A stretch of DNA of 63,919 bases, filler included, from Atractiella rhizophila (Eukaryota), in assembly GCA_021432655.1 (NCBI GenBank). It is 4 parts of 3 records of this genome, joined end to end, with 100 filler letters (N's around TTAATTAATTAA, not from the genome) between each part and the next. Parts side by side here need not be neighbours in the genome. Positions count along the whole stretch, not along the records: positions 1 to 31,593 come from MU271694.1; positions 31,694 to 51,800 come from MU271695.1; 2 more parts are not named here. One strand, 5' to 3'. The notes under the pieces were generated by a model. That model did not search any database. It saw only the letters and a program-made list of their open reading frames with translations, and had not been told where the DNA came from. Shown here piece after piece: positions 25,035 through 37,344 of the stretch. The position numbers and the translations under genes were made by a program. Position 1 is the stretch's first letter. Every line of letters starts with the position of its first letter.

Positions 25035-28000
25035 TGCAAGGGTCAGTTATCCAATTGTGGTTTCCATCGGGTTCTCCTACAGCTTTGGATATATATGTAC
25101 GTTAAAGGTATAGGTACTATATAGCCACGGTGTGGCTACGAGATCGAGGTGTACGAACTGCACTATTTTGCAAGCAAGTCGGGTCCGAGTGGTATCGTAC
25201 AAAATGTAAGAACCAGAGTGAGGAGAATGTAAGTCATCTGTATATTTACTGTTTGCCAAATCTTAGCGTATTATACGCGAACAGAAGTACATTTTAGAAA
25301 GTCCTTACTAGAATAAATACCCTTGAGTTTAGTAAGATAGTAGATAAATAGCAGTAGAAGCTAGTATTACTAAGTTTGGTGTGAGAAATTATCCAGTGTA
25401 AACAATTTAGTAAGAATGTGCAACAATAAAATTAATATAATTATAAAAATTCCGGAGGTAGTAGCACTAGTAACCAGTATGTGAGTTCAAACACCTATAT
25501 GGGCTAACGAAGACGTGTTAAACGGGGGAACTAACGAGTTCCTATGTAGGTAACGTACATGATGAAAGTCGTCCTATAGTTAAATAGGTACGGGCATTAG
25601 TTAGAATTCACCGACGTACCGAGTCAAAGTGTTTTAAAAGCACGAGTCTGGGGGGATGTAGTCCACAGCTATTGGATAGCTGTACCCGGTCAAAATTGTT
25701 TTAACGTGAGGAACCTGGGGAAATGTGGATCACAGCTATTGGATACATGTACGGAGTCAAACTTACTTTAAAAGCTAGAGTCTGGGGGATGTGGTCCACA
25801 GCTATTGGATAGCTGTACCCGGTCAAAGGTGTTTTAACGTGAGGAGTTTGGGGGTATGTGGACCACAGCTATTGGATAACTGTACCCAGTCAAACTTACT
25901 TTAAAAGCAAGAGTCTGGGGAGATGTGGACGACAGCTATTGGAAAGCTGTACCCGGTCAAAGTTGGTTTAACGTGAGGAGTCTGGGGGGATGTGGACCAC
26001 AGCTATTGGATAGCTGTACCCAGTCAAAGTTGGTTCAACGTGAAGAGTTTGGGGAGAAGTCAACAACAGCTATTGGATAACTGGACCGGGTCAAAATGGT
26101 TTTAACGTGAATCTCAATTGTTGCATATCTGGTGTGTAGAGTTGGTAATATTAAATTAAAACGTTGAAAATTACAGAACCACTATATACTATTTATATTT
26201 GGTCTCGTCAGATGCCTTCGTTCCTAAAGTTACCTATTCACTAAATTCTACACAGAATCTCTCCTGTAACGGACACGGACGATCACAAATACGCATGCAC
26301 TGTAAAACTGAGCTAACAATAAGAATAGACAGCGACCCAAGATGGGACTAACTGATTCTCGGTCAAAGCACTACTACAACAAAAATAACGTCCGTCCCAG
26401 CATGGGATTCCACGGATTCTCCGGTCCTACATCGGTCCTAGAAGAAGGACTGTCTCCGTCCCAACATGGGATCTGCCGGTCCTCCGTTCCTAAGTCGGAC
26501 CTAGATCAAGGACTGTCTCCGTCCCAACATGGGACCTGCCGGTCCTCCGTTCCTAAGTCGGTCATAGATCAAGGACTGTCTCCGTCCCAACTTGGGATTT
26601 CATGACAATCATCGTGTAGTTTTTAAGAGGGTGGACCACCGCAGTCGGGGAGATATCCACAATGAGGATACTAGGACTCGTATTTCGGAACGTAATATCT
26701 CTCTAAGGGAAAGTGACTCGTGATCATGTGAGTCCTATCCCACAAGGTCAGTGAGGTAATACCTGTGACACTTGATCCACAAAAGCGATCTAAGTGTGGA
26801 CCTCTCGCAACCAGAGGACTTCCTAAGGAGGACGTAAAGTTACTGCTTTAAAAGCAGGTTTATTTCGATCGTTTATAGTCATTTGTGAAGACTATTAATG
26901 GATATGTCTATTGTACAGTCTATAGCTATACTATCTAGGGTCGTTGCTGAGACGACCGCTACGGGACGACCTCTACTACTGCTTAGGTGGTTAGTGCTTA
27001 CCCAGTCGGTATAGCCTGGTGCGACGACGGGATTAGTCTCGACGTTAATGTTTCTAAGTCACTCAAGATGAGAGTCTCCGTTTGGTGTCTGATTTTTAGT
27101 AGTGGCGAGCTATTTTTCCGAAGTTCGATTCTCCCCAGTGCGACGAGTGTCCTGAAGTGTCGTCGACTAGTTCCTAAACTCACTACTTTTCTGTGGGTTT
27201 CACTCAAGTATCGTAGGAGTAATGCGGGGAGTGTTGGGGGTATCTGGAAATTTGGTACCTAGCTACGGACCGGATGCTATCAGCTACCCCTACCTCTAGA
27301 CTTATTTGTCGATCTTCTGTACTTCTTTCAGTGTCAGTGTTTCCGACATGTCTGGTAACGTGTTACCTTCCTGGAGGTTCGTTTTGCGACGAAACCAATG
27401 ACACGACGTTTCCCTTCGTATCGCTAGCTCAACCGCTGTTTCGAGTTGTTCAAAATGTGGAGGGAGTGGCTTCGGGTGGGACTCGTCTTCCTATGGTAAC
27501 TATCCCTTGCTTTCGACCGGAGGCTTAGTACCCTCCGTGAGTCTTTCCTGCGGTAGTAGGTCCCTTTTCGACGTCGTCTACTTAAGCTCGTCGTTTTTGC
27601 GGAGCCTGTACTTTCGTCTTTCGAACTATGAAACTTGTCCCAGGCTCACTCAGATGAGAGGAGACCGTGGCTTGGACGACTCTTGTGATGGTTTCCGTTT
27701 TTCGTTCGGGTTGTCTGGGGTCTCTGGGCCTGTTCTAGCTGCCCCTAGTGTTTCTCCTTCCCCGTCCCCTCCTTTTGCGTACATCGTTCATCTTTGTCTG
27801 TAGTGAAGAGTTTCTTTGCACCTTACTTCCTATACGATGTGTAGTAACTAGCACGTTTCTCTTGAGCTCTTTCGCAGTCTGTTTGTAACGTTTTTGTGTT
27901 AGACTTGGGACTACTCTGGGACTAGTCCAAGTAGCTCGAACCCTAGGAACTAGCGGGGCATGTGCTGGGGTGTCCCTTTCCTGGTTCGCCTTCTCTTTTA

Positions 28001-28485
28001 TTGGAGGAGTCCGATCCGTTATTTAAGTATGGAACAGGCTTTGGTGCAGATCTGCAGTAGCTACTTCGGTAGCTTTCGAAGTTTGCCTGGTATTCCGAGT
28101 TCGTAATGAAAGTCCTGTTTCTTTTGAGACTCTAAGGAGCTACCTCCTGGTACTCACGGACCGTTGGGGGACTCTCGAGAGGTCTCGACCTTTCGCGCGG
28201 GACTCCTTTGATCTCGTACGAGACTTTCGCTTGGATCTGAGACATGTATCACGTCTGTTCGTTTTGTACAGTTTGGTGAGTTCTTCTCCGGATCTTACGA
28301 ACAATGTTGTTGGTCTGTATGAACATTATAACTGTCTGTTCTTAGAGCCGATGCGCCGGCAGCTATACCCGACCATACAGAGTGTTCGTGACTACGTGGA
28401 GCTTTTATTTCTGCAGATGGGACACTGTTTGCTCCTCTCCCGGGAACGACGGTGCTCACTGCTCCCAATCCCAATCCCAATCCCA
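25035..28485. other. Complemented-but-not-reversed copy of the flanking sequence (assembly/gap-fill artefact); all ORFs listed inside it are spurious
   Basis: 25035 TGCAAGGGTCAGTTATCC is the base-wise complement of 24289 ACGTTCCCAGTCAATAGG. The match runs through 25009, continues into 28509 onward and into the Penelope-like ORF. The block is preceded by a 25-N gap. Confidence 0.95.
28464..28485. repeat. Telomeric repeat visible only after complementing: (CCCAAT)3CCCA = GGGTTAGGGTTAGGGTTAGGGT
   Basis: These are the last 22 nt of the complemented block. TTAGGG is the common fungal telomere unit. Confidence 0.8.
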
Positions 28486-28865
28486 GTCGATAACCTATGT
28501 ACATGCCTCAGTTTGAATGAAATTTTCGATCTCAGACCCCCTACACCAGGTGTCGATAACCTATCGACATGGGCCAGTTTCCACAAAATTGCACTCCTCA
28601 AACCCCCATACACCTGGTGTCGATAACCTATTGACATGGGTCAGTTTGAATGAAATTTTCGTTCTCAGACCCCTCTACACCTGCTGTCGATAACCTTTCG
28701 ACATGGGCCAGTTTCAACCAAATTGCACTCCTCAGACCCCCCTACACCTGGTGTCGATAACCTATCGACATGGGTCAGTTTCAACCAAGTTGCACTTCTC
28801 AAACCCCTCTTCAGTTGTTGTCGATAACCTATTGACCTGGCCCAGTTTTACCAAAATTGCACTTA
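28486..28865 (-). repeat. Inverted copy of tandem array B (begins at ~24880-25009, left of the gap)
   Basis: GTCGATAACCTATCGAC-type cores at 24920, 24987 (=28486), 28552, 28619, 28686, 28753 and 28820. Confidence 0.9.
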
Positions 28866-29621
28866 GAGTTAACAACGTATAGACCACACATCTCAACCAT
28901 TATAATTTAATTTTGCAACTTTTAATGTCTTGGTGATATATGATAAATATAAACCAGAGCAGTCTACGGAAGCAAGGATTTCAATGGATAAGTGATTTAA
29001 GATGTGTCTTAGAGAGGACATTGCCTGTGCCTGCTAGTGTTTATGCGTACGTGACATTTTGACTCGATTGTTATTCTTATCTGTCGCTGGGTTCTACCCT
29101 GATTGACTAAGAGCCAGTTTCGTGATGATGTTGTTTTTATTGCAGGCAGGGTCGTACCCTAAGGTGCCTAAGAGGCCAGGATGTAGCCAGGATCTTCTTC
29201 CTGACAGAGGCAGGGTTGTACCCTAGACGGCCAGGAGGCAAGGATTCAGCCTGGATCTAGTTCCTGACAGAGGCAGGGTTGTACCCTGGACGGCCAGGAG
29301 GCAAGGATTCAGCCAGTATCTAGTTCCTGACAGAGGCAGGGTTGAACCCTAAAGTACTGTTAGTAGCACATCAAAAATTCTCCCACCTGGTGGCGTCAGC
29401 CCCTCTATAGGTGTTACTCCTATGATCCTGAGCATAAAGCCTTGCATTATAGAGAGATTCCCTTTCACTGAGCACTAGTACACTCAGGATAGGGTGTTCC
29501 AGTCACTCCATTATGGACACTGTGAACTAGGTGTTTTCGCTAGATTCACACCTGGAGAGCGTTGGTCTCCTGATGGCCATCTAAGTGGTGGCCTGAAGGA
29601 TTCCTCCTGCATTTCAATGAC

Positions 29622-31113
29622 GAAATTTTCGTCCAAATAAAGCTAGCAAATATCAGTAAACACTTCTGATAATTACCTATACAGATAACATGTCAGATAT
29701 CGATATGATAGATCCCAGCAACGACTCTGCTGGCGATGCCCTGCTGGAGATGATGACGAATCCACCAATCACGAATGGGTCAGCCATATCGGACCACGCT
29801 GCTGCCCTAATCAGAGCTGCAATTACAAAGATTCAGTGAGTTCTACTCTCAGAAGCAAACCACAGACTAAAAATCATCACCGCTCGATAAAAAAGCCTCA
29901 AACTAAGAGGGGTCACGCTGCTCACAGGACTTCACAACAGCTGATCAAGGATTTGAGTGATGAAAAGACACCCAAAGTAAGTTCATAGCATCCTCATTAC
30001 GCCCCTCACAACCCCCATAGACCTTTAAACCATGGATCGATGCCTGGCCTACGATAGTCGATGGGGATGGAGATCTGAATAAACAGCTAGAAGACATGAA
30101 GAAAGTCACAGTCACAAAGGCTGTACAGACCATTGCACAATGGAAGGACCTCCAAGCAAAACGCTGCTTTGGTTACTGTGCTGCAAAGGGAAGCATAGCG
30201 ATCGAGTTGGCGACAAAGCTCAACAAGTTTTACACCTCCCTCACCGAAGCCCACCCTGAGCAGAAGGATACCATTGATAGGGAACGAAAGCTGGCCTCCG
30301 AATCATGGGAGGCACTCAGAAAGGACGCCATCATCCAGGGAAAAGCTGCAGCAGATGAATTCGAGCAGAAATTTTCGTCCAAATAAAGCTAGCAAATATC
30401 AGTAAACACTTCTGATAATTACCTATACAGATAACATGTCAGATATCGATATGATAGATCCCAGCAACGACTCTGCTGGCGATGCCCTGCTGGAGATGAT
30501 GACGAATCCACCAATCACGAATGGGTCAGCCATATCGGACCACGCTGCTGCCCTAATCAGAGCTGCAATTACAAAGATTCAGTGAGTTCTACTCTCAGAA
30601 GCAAACCACAGACTAAAAATCATCACCGCTCGATAAAAAAGCCTCAAACTAAGAGGGGTCACGCTGCTCACAGGACTTCACAACAGCTGATCAAGGATTT
30701 GAGTGATGAAAAGACACCCAAAGTAAGTTCATAGCATCCTCATTACGCCCCTCACAACCCCCATAGACCTTTAAACCATGGATCGATGCCTGGCCTACGA
30801 TAGTCGATGGGGATGGAGATCTAAAGAAACAGCTAGAAGACATGAAGAAAGTCACAGTCACAAAGGCTGTACAGACCATTGCACAATGGAAGGACCTCCA
30901 AGCAAAACGCTGCTTTGGTTACTGTGCTGCAAAGGGAAGCATAGCGATCGAGTTGGCGACAAAGCTCAACAAGTTTTACACCTCCCTCACCGAAGCCCAC
31001 CCTGAGCAGAAGGATACCATTGATAGGGAACGAAAGCTGGCCTCCGAATCATGGGAGGCACTCAGAAAGGACGCCATCATCCAGGGAAAAGCTGCAGCAG
31101 ATGAATTCGAGCA
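29622..31113 (+). repeat. 746-bp near-identical tandem duplication of the PLE 5' region (29622-30367 and 30368-31113)
   Basis: Direct comparison; the only difference noticed is CTGAATAAAC vs CTAAAGAAAC. Confidence 0.9.
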
Positions 31114-31593
31114 GCAAAAACGCCTCGGACATGAAAGCAGAAAGCTTGACACTTTGAACAGGGTCCGAGTGAGTCTACTCTCCTCTGGCACCGAACCTGC
31201 TGAGAACACTACCAAAGGCAAAAAGCAAGCCCAACAGACCCCAGAGACCCGGACAAGATCGACGGGGATCACAAAGAGGAAGGGGCAGGGGAGGAAAACG
31301 CATGTAGCAAGTAGAAACAGACATCACTTCTCAAAGAAACGTGGAATGAAGGATATGCTACACATCATTGATCGTGCAAAGAGAACTCGAGAAAGCGTCA
31401 GACAAACATTGCAAAAACACAATCTGAATCCTGATGAGACCGTGATCAGGTTCATCGAGCTTGGGATCCTTGATTGCCCCGTACATGACCTTACGGGGAA
31501 AGGACTAAGCGGAAGAGAAAAGGACCTCCTCAGGCTAGGCAATAAATTCATACCTTGTCCGAAACCACGCCTAGACGTCATCGATGAAGCCAT
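30436..31593 (+). CDS. PLE polyprotein N-terminal region, spliced, 3'-incomplete
   Basis: ATG at 30436 (MSDIDMIDP...). A phase-0 GTAAGT..CTCAC..ATAG intron at 30723-30766 joins ...DLSDEKTPK|TFKPWIDAWP in frame with the listed 30842 ORF. An earlier GTGAGT intron is plausible but its acceptor is unclear. Confidence 0.6.
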
Positions 31594-31693
31594 NNNNNNN
31601 NNNNNNNNNNNNNNNNNNNNNNNNNNNNNNNNNNNNNTTAATTAATTAANNNNNNNNNNNNNNNNNNNNNNNNNNNNNNNNNNNNNNNNNNNN
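31594..31693. other. 100-nt scaffolding placeholder with a synthetic TTAATTAATTAA linker (also at 51801-51900 and 62329-62428)
   Basis: Identical N44-TTAATTAATTAA-N44 layout occurs three times; the linker puts stop codons in all six frames. Confidence 0.95.
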
Positions 31694-31884
31694 TGTTTAT
31701 CAACTCCATAACTATGATTCGATTTATATAATGTAATGTGTTTGAGGAACCAGAATGACCCATAGGATAAGACAAACACATCGTAGCGTCAGATGGAGAA
31801 AAACATTAATTATTTAAGAATAGGTATACCCAGTCAATCACAAGCATTCACATCGCATCCTCGCGAGATTCACAGAAACGACTG

Positions 31885-33746
31885 TCAAACAGTTTTCTCG
31901 CCCGCCATATCATCTCTGGCTCCGACCGTTGTGCTGGACCTGTTAGCCATGGTGTTGTCGCCCAACTCGTCGTAAGTAGGAGTACAACCTTCTTCGACCA
32001 TCACGAAGCTTTCTCTGGGCTTTCGAGTAGGAGAAGGCTGAAGGAATCGAATGTTGAGCGGAGAGTCTGAACCAGCTGTTCCAAATCACGGTCATTGGTT
32101 GGCTCTAGAAAGAATGGATGAAGGTGGGGACGACGGACTGTAGATAAAGAGATCGTAGAGGAAGATTCCAACGATTCCTCCGCTGATACACGCAGCGGTA
32201 GGGAGCCATATACCTGTTTATCCATTAAATTGTCAAGGCAGAATCCTTTGGACACTGAGAAGATCATACCAGAGTAGGAGCGAATGGTCCAAATATCACT
32301 AGGATATCCAGCCATGGAAGCCATCATACGAGGACCCAAATCCTGCAACCATCAAAATTGTCGACGTTCAGCCATCATGCAAAGAAGCGATTGAGCAACG
32401 AACCCTAGCAGGATTGATAGCGAAACCAGTCAAGCTCCCAGTTGCCATCCCAACCCCACTGATAACCCAAAGGATGACCATCGGGCTCATTCCGACCGAA
32501 GGAGGCGTGTTCCTGACGTCTCCAACTGCGGCGACTGCTATCAAAAGCAGAGCAGTTCCGACGAGTTCAGCCACGAAAGCGGTTCCAATATCCACATAAT
32601 CGTGTTGAGGGCCAGTGACGAAAATTCCCACCGTATTGAGGGAGAGGTCGGCAGAACCAGCGGCGTGTTCGAACGAGTAGATGGACGTTCGAAAGATGGC
32701 AAACACGATGGCTGACCCAGCGATGGCACCGAGGAGCTGGGCAAAAATATACAGTGGAACTTTTCGGAGGGGAAAGCGCCGGAAGAGAGCCAGAGAAACC
32801 GTAACCGCTGGGTTGAGATGTGCACCAGAGATGCCTGACACCATCCACCCAATGATTCATTCGTCCTATATTCTCGCTTGGATGAGGGAAAAAGGGCAGA
32901 CAAACCACCAGCGACGTAGATTCCGACGAGAGCACCAATTCCCCAGCCGAAGCAGAGACTGAGCCAGTCTCCCTATTTCCAATCCGAAACGGAGCCATCA
33001 AAATCAGGAAGGATGTAAAAGAGATGCTCACCCTTGTGCCCCTCTCCAGCACGAATTGAGCAATTGCCCCTTCTCCAAAAAGGAGGAGAACCAGAGTTCC
33101 GAGAAACTATTGCCGTACACAATGGTTAGAGTCTGAAGGAAGAAACGAGTGAAGGAGGAAGGATGGAAGTAAAGGACGAGAATCTTACTTCAGCAAATGG
33201 TTCCCTGATCATATGCCTAACCTTCTCCCATGGATTATTAAACACAACCAAGATCTCTCCGTCTTCTTCCCCTTCTCTCAGCATACCAGTTCGGTTATGA
33301 GTGAGATCTATGACCGTATGAGGATTCGCTCCCGGTCCAAGGAGGGTCGGTTGCTTTGCCATCAGCCTATTCCCATTGGTATTCGCCTGTGATGGATTAG
33401 CTCCGAGGGTACAATTGCCAGTGTTGCTGGAGCGGGTGGAGAGAACAGGATTCCCAAGAGCATTCGCATTCTGATGCTGACCATCCATCCCATTCGTTCC
33501 TCGTCCCCCCAATATACCCTGTACCGTGTTCGTGGAACACGTAGGATCTCTTTGCAGGGCGAAATCAACAGCGGCTTGATGACCCTGATCTATTGCCTGT
33601 GCTTGAGCGTTGGGATAATTATGCTCGGTGGGATCGAGGACGAGGTGAGTACGGTGCGACTGTTTCGACGTTCCCGACGCTGAGTGTTGCATGGCAGGAA
33701 CACCCATGGGGACGGGTTGGACGACCGTCAGAGTCGAGGAGGCCAT
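31885..33746 (-). CDS. Aquaglyceroporin (MIP family) with a long N-terminal extension
   Basis: ISGAHLNPAVT and GFAINPAR(D) NPA boxes; REPFAE|FLGTLVLLLFGEG; hydrophobic helices. Confidence 0.9.
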
Positions 33747-34499
33747 GAGGAAGATGAGATAGGTGATTCACAAGCAAAGGCAAAGCGTAAAATGTCGGAA
33801 TGAAAACAAATGAGCAGAAAATATGTGAGAGGAAATTGGAGGCAGGAACAAGGCCTTTATAGGTTCTTCGAAACCCCTTAATGCGCCAGGCGGGAAGGGA
33901 CTCGCCAAAAAGTTCTCAGGATAGAGTTAGTAGCGGGAAATGACCCAACGTGTAGACTGCCGAAGAAGAAATCCTTGGCAAAAATAATACTTCCCGCTCA
34001 TCGACAGAAAGACGAGGCAGGTGCACATCTACGCAGCACCATAATTTTCTCGCCGATATGATAACGCGGACAATGATGAATATAACTCGTTATAGATAGC
34101 TTCGATGCGTTTGCAGAGGTCTTTCATGACCCGAAGTCCATACAACATCTCCATCTCAACTGGTTAACCTGAAATGAGATGCCTCGAAAGTACGCTGCTA
34201 GCTAACACCTTCACTTGAGGGGACGCCTTCGAAGTCTTACCTCCTCATTTCATGTCGGCTACCCCTCCTCAACCCCTAACAATATCCCAGTCCTTCGGGT
34301 TAATCTTGCTTCTATCCGGGCGTTCATTCACTCTCATAGCCATCGTCGTTGTAGCGCAGCAATAGTAAGAGTTGAGTCAGGCTCACTCCTTTTATCTCGA
34401 TCACTTGTCTTCCTAAATTTATTCACAACCAACGACTCAGCAAAAATTCCTGTAAAATAATCCAGGGACCGTGACAAAAACCATTGACATATTTAAAAA

Positions 34500-36716
<2,217 letters not shown>

Positions 36717-37344
36717 GGATATGCAAAAGACCGTATGTAGGAATCAGTCCTCCCGAAACGATAAAATGCAGGCGTTTGAGCATCACCATGTATTCTAGAG
36801 TCAGACTGCTTCAATGAAGATTGCTCATCTGCATTTCCCCTGAATTGGAACCGTGCTTTCCAGTTTCAACTGTCTGCTCTCCTTACGATAGACATGTTAA
36901 TGGTGAAATGAGCGCCTTGTGTAGTTTCAAGTACGTGTAACGGCGACCAGCAAAAACCAACAGGCTGAAAAAAAAAATACAGACTAGCTCAAAAAAGAGG
37001 CGAAGAATAACCACCCGAGCGTCCCAGCTTCAACAAAAACTGCACCTCACGACGGGGTAAGGGTAACGTAAACAACCTTCGCTTGCTTCCGACTCGGAAG
37101 ACCAAAAGGGGATGGTGGCATCTCTCGCAGACGAGATGCGACGAAGGTAAAAGAAAAGATTGAAGAGACGATAAGATACGGACTAAAGTGAATCAGGTAG
37201 AAGACAAATTTAACGAAGCGAAGCTGAAGTTGAAGCAGGAACCTTTCTCCCAAACCGAACCGATCTGATGACTGAAGAAAACTCAACCTTTCTTCCTCCT
37301 AACCTAGGTAACTGTACACAAAACCCACATGCGATGAGAAGTGA

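Larger units (their letters stand above)
22261..29363. mobile_element. Non-autonomous foldback / long-TIR element (about 3.6 kb once the 25010-28508 gap, artefact and overlap are removed)
   Basis: Terminus CTAACAGTACTTTAGGGTTCAACCCTG at 22261 (variant at 22868) has an exact reverse complement ending at 29363, and both ends are flanked by TA. The left arm (~22868-24315) is an imperfect inverted copy of the right arm (~24880-25009 plus 28509-29363) around a ~570-bp AT-rich spacer with no convincing ORF. Confidence 0.7.
29367..31593 (+). mobile_element. Penelope-like retroelement (PLE), 5' portion, cut by an assembly gap before the RT core
   Basis: The ORF ends ...EKDLLRLGNKFIPCPKPRLDVIDEA at the gap. 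The decoded 28021-28463 continues FKRTIRLKHYF...SAWQPP...NMSNHSRRGLECLLQQPDILVILTDKNLGYAAVDMGWYVSQALMHLENKDVY, matching the PLE pre-RT motifs (LG.KF.P; NL(S/T)..L..L...DI.I..DK(G/NLG)..V....Y...L....Y). Confidence 0.8.

Noticed and set aside
25035..28485. ORFs and apparently new repeat families (CAGCTATTGGATAGCTG, CCGTCCCAACATGGG) inside this block, and the idea of biological parallel-strand copying
   Set aside because: The block is the plain complement of adjacent DNA next to a 25-N gap, so its ORFs and repeats have no independent existence.
24289..31113. The offset of the complemented block (25035-24289) and the PLE duplication period are both 746
   Set aside because: The first figure includes an arbitrary 25-N spacer and no mechanism links them; treated as coincidence.
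31431..31470. CTGATGA inside the PLE as a hammerhead core
   Set aside because: It lies in coding sequence (Pro-Asp-Glu) with no properly placed stem II and GAAA.
31638..31649. TTAATTAATTAA islands within N runs (also 51845-51856 and 62373-62384)
   Set aside because: Synthetic six-frame-stop scaffolding linker. Adjacency and distance across these gaps are not guaranteed.
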